A DNA stretch of 64,000 nucleotides from a bacterium (GCA_963662285.2 CAXXMV010000002.1:736001-800000), one strand, 5' to 3'. Counted from the stretch's first letter, positions 31,311-41,753 are shown. Notes: generated by a model from the letters alone, not told the origin. Made by a program: numbers and translations.

Positions 31311-34300
31311 TCAGTAACGTAATACCCCAAATTCATAGAGCTTATGATAAATAATATGTTTATACATATATCTGCGAATTCCCTTATTGATTTCTTCATT
31401 CGTTACGGGCCTTCCATGTACTCTCTCCCTAATCCAATTCATCTCCATGTTTCCCCTTTCGTTGATAACAGAGGATGTTTTTTGATTAGGATGAATACGA
31501 AAAGCACCTAAAAACCGTGGTAATAAAACAAAATTTGCTCCTGCATCTATAAATCGAGATATCATATCCCAGTCCATCGCAAAATTGAATTTCTCATCCA
31601 GTCCATTTACCTTCTCCCATAAGGAACGACGCCAAAAAATTGTTTCTTGCGGAATAAAATCAGCCCATTTCAATACATCCGGATCATGGGAAGGTAGAAT
31701 CCAACGACCAATTTCCCGATCATATTCATCGATTAATATGCGTTGTCCATAGACCACATCAACTTTTGGATGTTTATAAAAATAATGCGCTATATAGTTT
31801 AATGCACCAGGCATAAGAAGGTCATCGGAATTTAGCCACCCCATAATTTCTCCACTAGACCGCGAAAAGCCAACATTGATAGCATTAGTCTGCCCACTAT
31901 CTTTTTTGGATTCCCAAGAAGTAAGAAATTTATCATACCGTTTCAAAATATCTCTAGTACCATCTGATGAAGCGCCATCTTGTACAATATACTCTAGATT
32001 TGGATAATTCTGCTCTTGTATACTATTGATTGTACGCTCTATAAAATCCGCCTGGTTATAGGATGGTGTTACAATTGATATTTTTGGAAAAGATATAAGT
32101 TTTTTAATCTTATTATATTTTGAAGGAACATGGATTGATTTTGGAGAATATTGATAAAAAACTCCTAAGCGGGGAGAAAGCCACATTTTTAATCTCTCCA
32201 TTAAATGCCAGCGGCGATAGGCATCCAGGGCACGTGCTTGCTCTTCGATCACACTCAACCGGGCATCACATGTTAATTGTAAAATACAAATTTCCTTCTC
32301 ATTTAAACTCTTTATCTGATTTATTTGTCCTTTTAATAATTCAATTGAAGATAAACGCTCGTTATCCAATTCATTTAGAGAAGATATTTGATCCTTATAT
32401 AAAGAAGAAGACGCTTCAAGTTGTTCTTCTCTGTCTTTTATCTGCTGTAGGAGCAAATCTTTCTCACTTTGCTCAGTCAATAAACGATCTAGTGTCTGGG
32501 CTTGTTCCTGTAGCGATTCTCCCAAGGTAGATAAGGTTCCGGAAAGTTCTTCTCTCCCTTGTAAGGTCTTGACTTGAGAATTAAGTTCATGGATCAGATT
32601 CAATCGTTCTTCCAGGGCAAGTTGTAGAGTCGCAAGTTCTGCATCTCTGCCTCTTATCTGCTGTAGGAGCATATCTTTCTCACTTTGCTCGGTCAATAAA
32701 CGATCTAGCGTCTGGGCTTGTTCCTGTAAGGATTCTCCCAAGGTAGATAAGGTTCCAGAAAGTTCCTCTCTTCCTTGTAAAGTCTTGACTTGAGAATTAA
32801 GTTCATTGATCAGATTCAATCGTTCTTCCAGAGCAAGTTGTAGAGTCGCAAGTTCTGCATCTCTGCCTGTTATCTGCTGTAGTAGCAAATCTTTCTCACT
32901 TTGATCGGCCAATAAACGATCTAATGTCTGGGCTTGTTCCTGTAGCGATTCGCCCAAAGTGGATAAAGTTCTAGTAAGTTCATCTCTCCCTTGTAAGGTC
33001 TTGACTTGAGAATTAAGTTCATGGATCAGATTCAATCGTTCTTCCAGAGAGGTTTTTAATTTCTGGATTATATCTTGCTTTATCTTGTTGTCATCCAATA
33101 AAGAAATCATATAATCCAAAATGCACTCGTGAAAATGATTGTAATAGTTCATTAATTCAACAAAAACCATGTCATAAATCGAATTATGAATAAAGATAAC
33201 ATTTCCCCAGTCACCGCTAATTCGAAAGGTGTTATTAATTTGAATCGTTTCGAATTCGCCCCTCCGTTTTATCATAAAATAATTATCATATTCTCTCTCT
33301 TTCAAGATTGTAATCAAATCATCCAATTCCCATGGGCATTTTCCCATCTCATTTGGCATATCCTTCCAAAATTCTATCATGATCACATCGGCATGAATTG
33401 TTGCAGATCCTTTTATCACTTCAAGATCATTTCCTTCTGTATCAACCTTCATGATTCCGTACGATGGTTCAAGCAAACCATCCCGGACTAATGAATCTAT
33501 TGTTCGGCACTCCACTTCTATCTTACGGTTCCACTGGACGTTATTTTTGGATTCTTTTTTTATCAAACTGGCGTAGGGAGTTATTTCAGTACCATCTTCA
33601 TTCTCTGCTAGATATAAATTGGTTCTCGTATCAATGGAATGGATCGCATAAGGGAGACAACTGACAATTTTGTTGTTTTTGAATTGTTCATTAATAAATT
33701 GAAAATTAACAGGATTTGGTTCAATTGCAACAATTTTTTCCGGGCTACAAGTCAGAAATTTCTCAATAAAGGAACCTCTTTCAGATCCAATATCAATATA
33801 TTTTTTATTTTGAATTAGTTTTGCAAGTATCAAAAGTAATTCAATTTCTGTCTCTTGTTGATAAACAGTCGTTGACGTACTCTTTAGATCATCGATGTCA
33901 TCAAAAACATTTTTTTTATTGTTCATCTTTTCGAATCCCTCAATAACATGCAGTCTCTGCGTAGATACATTTTGATAAAATTCTGTCGTTTTCATTAATT
34001 CCGTAAATCCTTTAATATAATAAATCATTTTTTCTTTATCATTTATTATGGAAAGAGTGTTTCTTTTAGTTAATACACCGGCCATTGCCAAATAATTTCT
34101 ATTGTTACTATCTCTTTTATCATGTTTTTGGGTTGAACACCAAAACTCGTCTACATCTCTCCAAGTCAGGTTGCATAAATTTCTAATTAACAAATCTTTG
34201 TCTTCTATCAAAAAGAAATCATCTAATTGATCAAGAATAAATTTTATACTATTAGAGTGAAAAGGTTGATTTAAACTTCGAAATTTTTGAGACCAACACT

Positions 34301-34868
34301 GTAAATTATAATCACGGGGTGTACTCGGGGAAACATCGCAGGTAAAAATCAAATTTCCTCCTGGCTTGAGGACACGATATATTTCGCAAAAAGAAAGATA
34401 ATCATGCCCCGGGCATACATGTTCAAAAACACTCACGCTCGTTACAACATCGAATACATTGTCCTGAAAAGGCAGAAAAGTACAATTTGAATTTAAATAA
34501 AGTACATCTGAGTCTAACAGATCATTGATTCGATTATTATTAAGCGATTCAACAATTTCAAAATCATTGTCGAAAGCAATAACCGTATGATTATGCTTAG
34601 AGAAATAATTGCATAATGGTACGACGCCACTACCAACATCCAAAATGTTTAATTTTTTATCCTGCTCTATTTCTTTAACGAAATTAATTACAAAATTGTA
34701 CTCTAATTTTCTAATTGCCCATTTACAATATTGACGATACAACACGAAATCATTATGCATGTCAGCATCAAGGGGCATATCTGCCAACAAATCGATTAAT
34801 CTTAAAAAATCCTCACTCAGAATAACGTGTTTTTCATCAAAATTTGTGAATATTTGAAAATATTTCAT
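31311..34868 (-). CDS. Multidomain class I methyltransferase + FkbM methyltransferase + coiled coil + GT2 (WbdD/WsaE/WbbB-like terminator-polymerase)
   Basis: ILDVGSG...VLKPGG; YIDIG...IEPNP...MKVDTEGND; long coiled coil; ISIVTPSYNQ...DGASSDGT...WLNSDDL. Confidence 0.85.
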   Translation of the reverse strand: MKYFQIFTNFDEKHVILSEDFLRLIDLLADMPLDADMHNDFVLYRQYCKWAIRKLEYNFVINFVKEIEQDKKLNILDVGSGVVPLCNYFSKHNHTVIAFDNDFEIVESLNNNRINDLLDSDVLYLNSNCTFLPFQDNVFDVVTSVSVFEHVCPGHDYLSFCEIYRVLKPGGNLIFTCDVSPSTPRDYNLQCWSQKFRSLNQPFHSNSIKFILDQLDDFFLIEDKDLLIRNLCNLTWRDVDEFWCSTQKHDKRDSNNRNYLAMAGVLTKRNTLSIINDKEKMIYYIKGFTELMKTTEFYQNVSTQRLHVIEGFEKMNNKKNVFDDIDDLKSTSTTVYQQETEIELLLILAKLIQNKKYIDIGSERGSFIEKFLTCSPEKIVAIEPNPVNFQFINEQFKNNKIVSCLPYAIHSIDTRTNLYLAENEDGTEITPYASLIKKESKNNVQWNRKIEVECRTIDSLVRDGLLEPSYGIMKVDTEGNDLEVIKGSATIHADVIMIEFWKDMPNEMGKCPWELDDLITILKEREYDNYFMIKRRGEFETIQINNTFRISGDWGNVIFIHNSIYDMVFVELMNYYNHFHECILDYMISLLDDNKIKQDIIQKLKTSLEERLNLIHELNSQVKTLQGRDELTRTLSTLGESLQEQAQTLDRLLADQSEKDLLLQQITGRDAELATLQLALEERLNLINELNSQVKTLQGREELSGTLSTLGESLQEQAQTLDRLLTEQSEKDMLLQQIRGRDAELATLQLALEERLNLIHELNSQVKTLQGREELSGTLSTLGESLQEQAQTLDRLLTEQSEKDLLLQQIKDREEQLEASSSLYKDQISSLNELDNERLSSIELLKGQINQIKSLNEKEICILQLTCDARLSVIEEQARALDAYRRWHLMERLKMWLSPRLGVFYQYSPKSIHVPSKYNKIKKLISFPKISIVTPSYNQADFIERTINSIQEQNYPNLEYIVQDGASSDGTRDILKRYDKFLTSWESKKDSGQTNAINVGFSRSSGEIMGWLNSDDLLMPGALNYIAHYFYKHPKVDVVYGQRILIDEYDREIGRWILPSHDPDVLKWADFIPQETIFWRRSLWEKVNGLDEKFNFAMDWDMISRFIDAGANFVLLPRFLGAFRIHPNQKTSSVINERGNMEMNWIRERVHGRPVTNEEINKGIRRYMYKHIIYHKLYEFGVLRY
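32430..33047 (-). repeat. 216-bp (72-aa) tandem repeat, ~2.9 copies, encoding a coiled coil
   Basis: LEERLNLI codons start at 33047, 32831 and 32615 (spacing 216); units are nearly identical at the DNA level. Confidence 0.95.
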
Positions 34869-35265
34869 CTCTTATTTATATCCTATAAATTTCATTGCTT
34901 TCTATTGTTTCTCCCTAAAATTGATGCACCTCTTCAGGTATTTATCCCTTCCAATTGCATATTATTACCCAAAGGAAAATACAATAAAGCACTCCATCCA
35001 TCATAGACATTGTAAATTAATGAAAACGGATATTTTTTAAGCTATTCATGAGTATTAAAACACATTCTTCTTTTTCACAGGAAAATACATCACAATTGCC
35101 TGGCAATTATTTTGTTTTATTATCTTGATTAATCAATAACATTGTTCTATTTCTTTATCATCATAAATCGGATACCTTATAGTAGCCGAATACACGATAA
35201 TAACTGAAATATGTATTCCTAGATCGTGGGTATTAAGTTAACCAAACATATATTATCAGATACTA

Positions 35266-36657
35266 TCAATCTATTAAGTATTCTACTTTGCATGGCACGT
35301 TGAATGATCCAAAAAAAGGTGCACGATTTTTTGTGTAATCCCAATTAATTGTTATTGGACCTAATGAGGGAGTGGAAAATAAACGAATCCCTTTATTTAT
35401 CTCTCCACCGGTATCAGCTAAACCAGTGCTGACTAATAATGTATATTGTCCAGCCTCTAAACCTAATTCAATATCAATTGTACAGATTATACGTTCGTTT
35501 TTTTTCAAGACTGGAGGTATTAAATTTTTTGTGTAGGTTCCGCCGCAAAAAATCAAATGTGAAAATCGATTTCTCATATCAATTGATATGTAAGGTAAAT
35601 ATTCATCTAAATTGCTTTCACAAAGTACCTTGACAATTAAATGATCACACATCTGAAAATCTAGCGTAGATTCTCCATGAATATTCTGAAAAGAAACTCC
35701 TAGTATTTCTGCAGAAACTGGCTCATTTTCCTCTGAATTTGAAGAGTTTACCCATTGGCATTCAGATAGAAAATCGTTGAAATCTGTAGATTGAGGATAA
35801 ATAGTTGGTTGCGATTTTTGTGATGAATCGATAGTACACATTCTCTCAATATCTGTTTGCAACGTATAATATCTTCTAATTGCTTCGGAACTATCTCCAT
35901 AGAACAAAGCTTTACCTCTGTCCAAAAGTAAAGTTCTGCTGCAAAGTGTGCGAATAACATGCATATCATGAGAAACGATGATTAAAGTTGTTCCTTTGTC
36001 AGATATTTCCTGCATATGAGCAGCACATTTTTGTTGAAAAAAAATATCTCCAACACCAAGAGCTTCATCGATTATTAAAATATCTGGTTCTACAAATGAT
36101 TGCGTTGCATAAGCCAAGCGAGCCATCATTCCACTGGAATAGACTTTAACTGGTTGGTCAATAAAATCACCAATATCGGCAAAGGATACAATTTCATCGA
36201 ACTTTTTGCGCATTTCATCACGGCTAAATCCAAGCACGGCGCCCGAAAGGAACACATTCTCCCGACCAGTAAAATCTGGATTAAATCCACTTCCCAATTC
36301 AAGTAAAGATGCCACGCGTCCTTTTATAGTGTATAATCCAGAATTTGGTTGAAGAATTCCCGCAAGAATTTGTAGCAGGGTACTTTTTCCGGCGCCATTT
36401 CTCCCAATAATTCCAAATATTTCTCCTTTACAAATGTCAAAAGAGATATCTTTTAACGCCCAAAATTCTTTACCATATTTCTTGCCAAATCGTTTTAATA
36501 ATAAATCCTTTAATTGGTCTAAAGGGTGATCATATAGATTATACTTTTTGCTGATTTGTTTCACAAAAACAACCATTTCTGAGGAAATGCTGTGTCCTTC
36601 CGATAAAGAATGGCCTAATTCCTGTTTTTTCTCAGCAATACTACATAACATTTGCAA
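35266..36657 (-). CDS. wzt: Polysaccharide ABC transporter ATPase with C-terminal Wzt_C carbohydrate-binding domain
   Basis: GRNGAGKST, ELGSGFNPDFTGREN, YSSGM, IIDEALGVGD; ~190-aa C-terminal extension. Confidence 0.92.
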   Translation of the reverse strand: MQMLCSIAEKKQELGHSLSEGHSISSEMVVFVKQISKKYNLYDHPLDQLKDLLLKRFGKKYGKEFWALKDISFDICKGEIFGIIGRNGAGKSTLLQILAGILQPNSGLYTIKGRVASLLELGSGFNPDFTGRENVFLSGAVLGFSRDEMRKKFDEIVSFADIGDFIDQPVKVYSSGMMARLAYATQSFVEPDILIIDEALGVGDIFFQQKCAAHMQEISDKGTTLIIVSHDMHVIRTLCSRTLLLDRGKALFYGDSSEAIRRYYTLQTDIERMCTIDSSQKSQPTIYPQSTDFNDFLSECQWVNSSNSEENEPVSAEILGVSFQNIHGESTLDFQMCDHLIVKVLCESNLDEYLPYISIDMRNRFSHLIFCGGTYTKNLIPPVLKKNERIICTIDIELGLEAGQYTLLVSTGLADTGGEINKGIRLFSTPSLGPITINWDYTKNRAPFFGSFNVPCKVEYLID

Positions 36658-37459
36658 ATCCTTTTTTTGTTTTTAAAAACCAAATATAGCAAATCCAGGC
36701 ATATACAACAAGCAAAACTGTCCATCTGATCCATGGTATCCAGTAAATCCCATGATTCCAGAGAAGAATACTCCTGAAATCACTGATAACTACTGCGATT
36801 GGATTAAAATTGAGAAACCAACGATAGGATTCAGGAATGACAAGTTCTGAATAGACAATAGGACATAAGAAAAAAATAATTTGTGATCCAACGTCAGCCA
36901 CTTTGTCTATGTCTCGTATATAGACCCCAAGAGAAGCCAATAACCAACCCGTTCCTAAACATAAAAATATTAGCGGTACATAGGCTAATGGGAGCATATA
37001 TAACGTTGATGAGAAAGTGCCCAAGCTGATAGCCACTCCAATAATTAAGACAACTACACTTATCATAGAATGAATAATGGAAGAGCCCAACAAGACAACG
37101 GGAAGAATTTCCAACGGAAATACTACTTTTTTAACGTAATTTGGAACAGCCAGAATGCAATTTGGAGAACCTACCAGGATTTCAGAGAACACGTAAAAGG
37201 GTATCAAACCCGAAAAAATTGAAAATGCGAAATAAGGTAATCCAGGATCGGATTTAACCGGAACACCTTTGGGAGTTTGTAAGATAAAGGAGAAAACAAC
37301 AGTATATGTTGCAAGCATCAATAATGGAGTTAAAAGGGACCATAAAATACCCAAATAAGTACCTTTATAGCGTTTCGATGTTTCTCGAATTATTAATTGA
37401 AGAATTAAATCTCGCTTTGAAAGTAAATTATAAAAAGGAAAATATGTAATATTTTTCAT
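36641..37459 (-). CDS. wzm: Polysaccharide ABC transporter permease
   Basis: RYKGTYLGILWSLLTPL, YVKKVVFPLEILP, YIRD, PIVYS, FNP; start MKNITY chosen. Confidence 0.92.
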   Translation of the reverse strand: MKNITYFPFYNLLSKRDLILQLIIRETSKRYKGTYLGILWSLLTPLLMLATYTVVFSFILQTPKGVPVKSDPGLPYFAFSIFSGLIPFYVFSEILVGSPNCILAVPNYVKKVVFPLEILPVVLLGSSIIHSMISVVVLIIGVAISLGTFSSTLYMLPLAYVPLIFLCLGTGWLLASLGVYIRDIDKVADVGSQIIFFLCPIVYSELVIPESYRWFLNFNPIAVVISDFRSILLWNHGIYWIPWIRWTVLLVVYAWICYIWFLKTKKGFANVM

Positions 37460-37882
37460 GATAGTTGTAATTTTATACGGGATATACCGCTCATCCGCCA
37501 ATTGTTATGGATAAGTTTTTCTACAGATAAGTATTCTCGATATTAAATATCGCCAATAAACATGTAAATTAAGATGTAAATTTATATGAAAAGAGTTTCT
37601 CTTTATACTTTATCAAAATTATGATAATATATTCCCGTTGCATACTTTATTCAAGTAGAATCATTACTCAATATAATACTTTCATACAACATACTAGTAT
37701 TAACACTGATGTTCGCGACAAGTTCAATCATCAGAATTGGACAAAAGTTAAGATGATTGATTTACTTATATATACCACGATGTTATGAGCCATAATCTAA
37801 ATATTCATATGACGGTTATATTTTCCTGTTTTGAAAACTCAAGTTCCCCTCCTGTAAAATTTAGTTTCCAAAGGAGACTCTT

Positions 37883-40800
37883 CTAAAATAAACTCTTGCT
37901 AGAGGATTCGTTAATTTCCATGCTAACAGCCACCTCACTAATCCGCAGTGGAGAAATAGAAATCCGATTCAGTAGCATTTCAACCTCCTTACGCTGTTTT
38001 GGATCGCGTAGGATCAGTATCATATAACCACCACCACCTGCGCCAGTTAGAGAACACCCATAAACATAAGGTCTAATAACATCTATCATCTGGGTCACGT
38101 TATGTGGCTCGGCTCCACTGGCCATCTGTTTTTTTTGATCCCAGTAGGTATTCAAGCAGAATCCTACCCCTTCGAGATCTTCACTTTCAAGACACTCCTT
38201 CATATAGTAGGCATTGGCTGTGAGGTCTTCCACCAATCCAACAATTTCAGGATAGCGAGCATACCATCGGCGAATCACATTTTGGAGAAGATTGCGTGCT
38301 AATCGAGTTCTTCCAGTATATACAAGCAGGCAGTGTTTGTTTAATGCTTGGATCATCGCCTCAGAGAGATTCAATATATTATACTCAACCGTCAGCGGTA
38401 ATGAACCTGACGAGTGGGCAATCTTTACTCCTGGGATCAATCCACCGACTTGATCCTGCCAACCGCCCCCGGTTGTTAATAGTTGCTCCAATACCAAGAC
38501 TGCATGAATTAGAGAAATTTCATCGTAAACTACTCCAGTCACTCGTCCGAGTACATGCAAAAGACCTGCAGATAAAATGCTGCTGGTTCCCAATCCTGAA
38601 CCGGTAGGTAAACTTGACCATGTTTCTATCTCCAAACCGCCCCCGATCTCTTTTAGTTGTTCCTCAAGAGATTTTTTGGAATCAATATCAATAATCTGAG
38701 TTACGATCAAAGCAGCTTTGCACAACGCCGCCGGAGCCAGAGGCTGAGCATAATCCATAATCTCATCAAGGTTCCGACAAATCACTTGTGAGTTCTGCCC
38801 CAAATGGAACAGAAGTTTTGGCTCTTGAATCCGTCGTACCCTAACACCAATCGGTTTCTTTCCATCAAGAGTTACAGCCATATTGACAACAACACCGCCA
38901 TGTTCATACGTAATCGGGGGGGTATCAGACCAGCCTCCAGCAAGATCAATTCGAGCAGGGAGTTCAATCGTTACCCATTCATCAGAAGGCGCTGGAGTAG
39001 ACGACATGGTGCGAATCGGAACAGTTTGAACGGAATTTCGAATCAATACTTGAGCCGCTCCCTCATAGTGACGTGCTGCACGAATTAAGCGCTCAGGACT
39101 ATTAAGCCAGTGAATTCTTTCGCTTGCAAGAAACTGAACCGCCTGACAAATCTTGCCGCGTTCCAAAGCATTGAATCCAGATATCCAGTTCTGATTTCTC
39201 ATGGGGCCTGAGCGCAAACCTCCCTGATTATTAGCAAGAAGTGCTAGTGAATCAGCGATAGTCGAGAAAATTCGCGCGGCAACATCGGACTCCGATTCCA
39301 TAGCTAGAGAATCAAGACTCACAAGTATATCGGTCTGGCCCTCCATCACACACCGCTTCAAAAGCGGAAGAACAAATTCATGTTGTTCTCGACCCTGAAA
39401 ACAGTTTTCAATTAGATGCAAGTCAATCTTGTGTGACAAAGTCCGCCACCACGCAAACTCACTGACAGGATTGGCACGCTTTAGAATATCAAATAAAGAT
39501 AATTTTTTGGATGCCCTCCATTTTTTCAGTGTGGCGCTTGAGACCGGTTTCGGATTCTGCATCCACAGAACTGCATCGAGCCAGTCATCCTTTCGAAGAA
39601 CAGGAAAGAGTTTCGCTGTCCACAACGTCCGGGTCGATTCGAGAACCTCCGGCCAAATCTCTTCAGAGTTTAGGTCATGCCTCGTTAGAAATTGAGACCA
39701 TGGCTGGTTGGCAAACGTTGCCTTTTCATCCTTATAGTGTAATTTAATCGCATCATATACTCCATAAAGAATCACTACATTATTGAGATCTTCATGGTCA
39801 CAGGAAGAAAGCGAGATCTCTTTCAAAACAATATTCTTTTTGATGCAAATTCCGTAATAGGAACGAATGCCTGAACAGACTGCACCTTCGCAGACATGCC
39901 AGTTTCCTTTCAGTTCAGAATGCTCAATGACGGCGTACGGCTCGGCTTTTCCAACTCCAGTAAGTAGACTATTAATAATGACAGCATTCTCTTCCAGTTC
40001 GGGAGCCTCAACATGAGAACGAACATGCCGTTGAAATCCAAACAATTGGTGAAAATCAACGTTCTTTGTAAAGAGTTCAACATACTCTTTTGATGTCCCA
40101 ATATGAGCAAACTCGCCCTCATCAACGATAATAGCATGGAATGAAAGTTCGTGAAGATTCTCCCATAGTTTCTCTCTCGCCGCTCGAAGTGCGTTCAGAC
40201 TCGTGGCATCAGAAGGCATATTAAAATACTCAGTTTGATCGGTTCCCTGTACCAAGCAGACGAGAATATCTGAGTAGAGTTCGATTCTCAGAGGAAGCGC
40301 CCCATTATCCACACCGAGATAGGAGCAAGCATCTAACGGTGGAACTACGTTCAATGACAGCAGAATCCGCGTTGTCTCGGGGCAAAAATAAAGGATACCT
40401 GAATCTAAGAGGATGTTTCCATCTTCGAGTAACGACTGCTCAGTTAAGACCTCCAGTGAGGGTTTCTGATAGAATGCTTCGACTAAATTCTCATCTAAAG
40501 AGATTTTATAAACCCCGTGATCAGCAGCATAGGACACATCGGCAGGGATCGCAACACCAGTCACACCTCCTTGATTCCAGGAAAACTCTTTCTCCGGCAG
40601 ATAGAGAAGTACATCTCCGCTAGCAACAACCATTCCTGCTTCCACCAAGGTGGTCATGGTTGTGATCTGCTTCATCAGTAACAAAAAAGGCGAAGCCATT
40701 TCTCCCGGCTCAATTTCAAATGGAAAACTTGAGAAGGCTTTCCCCGTTACCAAACAGAGTGGAATCCTCTGGCTATCGCCACCAGAATGAATAATGAGAA

Positions 40801-41065
40801 TCTTCGATAAAAACAGAAGCTCAGGATCAATATAGGATAATCCTTTCCGTGCAGAGAGATATTCCGTCACCGTTAGCAAGGCGTTAAGCGTCGCTCCACC
40901 GCTACCGATACGTTCTGAAGAAGGATCGGGAACGGCAAGCACAATAGTTTGCTCAGCGATCAATCCTTTCTGCTGAAGACGATTCATTTCTTGCTGATAA
41001 CTCTGTGCTTGAGTAGGACTGGTTGCGGTAACAACAATTGCAGACCAAGGTATAAGTTTACTCAT
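37883..41065 (-). CDS. fkp: Bifunctional L-fucokinase / GDP-L-fucose pyrophosphorylase
   Basis: N-terminal GSGGATLNAL, HSGGDSQRIP, GKAF; C-terminal GHMP kinase ARIDLAGGWSDTPP, LPTGSGLGTSSIL, TTGGGWQDQ, GAGGGG; start MSKLIPW (41065). Confidence 0.9.
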   Translation of the reverse strand: MSKLIPWSAIVVTATSPTQAQSYQQEMNRLQQKGLIAEQTIVLAVPDPSSERIGSGGATLNALLTVTEYLSARKGLSYIDPELLFLSKILIIHSGGDSQRIPLCLVTGKAFSSFPFEIEPGEMASPFLLLMKQITTMTTLVEAGMVVASGDVLLYLPEKEFSWNQGGVTGVAIPADVSYAADHGVYKISLDENLVEAFYQKPSLEVLTEQSLLEDGNILLDSGILYFCPETTRILLSLNVVPPLDACSYLGVDNGALPLRIELYSDILVCLVQGTDQTEYFNMPSDATSLNALRAAREKLWENLHELSFHAIIVDEGEFAHIGTSKEYVELFTKNVDFHQLFGFQRHVRSHVEAPELEENAVIINSLLTGVGKAEPYAVIEHSELKGNWHVCEGAVCSGIRSYYGICIKKNIVLKEISLSSCDHEDLNNVVILYGVYDAIKLHYKDEKATFANQPWSQFLTRHDLNSEEIWPEVLESTRTLWTAKLFPVLRKDDWLDAVLWMQNPKPVSSATLKKWRASKKLSLFDILKRANPVSEFAWWRTLSHKIDLHLIENCFQGREQHEFVLPLLKRCVMEGQTDILVSLDSLAMESESDVAARIFSTIADSLALLANNQGGLRSGPMRNQNWISGFNALERGKICQAVQFLASERIHWLNSPERLIRAARHYEGAAQVLIRNSVQTVPIRTMSSTPAPSDEWVTIELPARIDLAGGWSDTPPITYEHGGVVVNMAVTLDGKKPIGVRVRRIQEPKLLFHLGQNSQVICRNLDEIMDYAQPLAPAALCKAALIVTQIIDIDSKKSLEEQLKEIGGGLEIETWSSLPTGSGLGTSSILSAGLLHVLGRVTGVVYDEISLIHAVLVLEQLLTTGGGWQDQVGGLIPGVKIAHSSGSLPLTVEYNILNLSEAMIQALNKHCLLVYTGRTRLARNLLQNVIRRWYARYPEIVGLVEDLTANAYYMKECLESEDLEGVGFCLNTYWDQKKQMASGAEPHNVTQMIDVIRPYVYGCSLTGAGGGGYMILILRDPKQRKEVEMLLNRISISPLRISEVAVSMEINESSSKSLF

Positions 41066-41156
41066 TTTTTCTCTCACTCTAGTATCTTGTACTGATTTAC
41101 GTTGGAACCTGCGTATTCCGGTTGTACAACAACTGAATATTGCAGATTGATTAAGT

Positions 41157-41609
41157 TTATTCTCTATCTTGATCAGAACTGTCATCAAGGTTGTTTATCA
41201 TTTCTTCAATCTGGTTGCCAGCCGTATCAAAATATTGTCGCAAAACAGAGAGTTGCTCCGATCTCTTCAAGGTTACAAATCCCCCCAAAGCCGCCCGGAT
41301 GAGGATATCCGCGCCTATTCCTGTATCGGTCTCAATTTGTTGTAGTTTCTCTTCGATATCCTGCGGGACTTTTGATCCATTGGATTGTTGAACAGGTGCG
41401 CTATTTTCTCCGCCTGGGCCTTTCTGAAATTCCTCCAGGGTAATGTTTAATGCCTTCGATAATAGCCTTAATTTCTTATAATCTGGGCTTGTATGCCCTT
41501 TTTCCCAATTATTTATCGTTTTTAGCGATATACCCGTAACCTTACTTAACTCACCCTGCGTCAAGTGTTTATGCTCTCTCCAAACTTTCACTAATAAATT
41601 ATTTTTCAT
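41157..41609 (-). CDS. XRE-family HTH transcriptional regulator (phage repressor-like)
   Basis: LTQGELSKVTGISLKTINNWEKGHTSP; start MKNNLL chosen. Confidence 0.85.
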   Translation of the reverse strand: MKNNLLVKVWREHKHLTQGELSKVTGISLKTINNWEKGHTSPDYKKLRLLSKALNITLEEFQKGPGGENSAPVQQSNGSKVPQDIEEKLQQIETDTGIGADILIRAALGGFVTLKRSEQLSVLRQYFDTAGNQIEEMINNLDDSSDQDRE

Positions 41610-41753
41610 TTTTACCAAAATCTTCTTGAAATGTAAGTAGTATTTGTGTAATATTATAGTAATATAAAAGTAAAATACCAGCAATAACTTAATGGATTCA
41701 AAATACTATCACATCAAAATCTGTGAACAAATCTTACAACAGGAGAATGGACA

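Noticed and set aside
32430-33047. CRISPR-like or DGR-like repeat
   Set aside because: Contiguous in-frame coding repeats with no spacers; no cas or reverse transcriptase gene, and no template/variable repeat pair
37502-37882. JUMPStart/ops element upstream of wzm
   Set aside because: No GGCGGTAG-type motif recognised by eye
41065-41188. Overlap between fkp and the XRE gene implied by the ORF track
   Set aside because: Homology and a purine-rich RBS support the start at 41065, which removes the overlap
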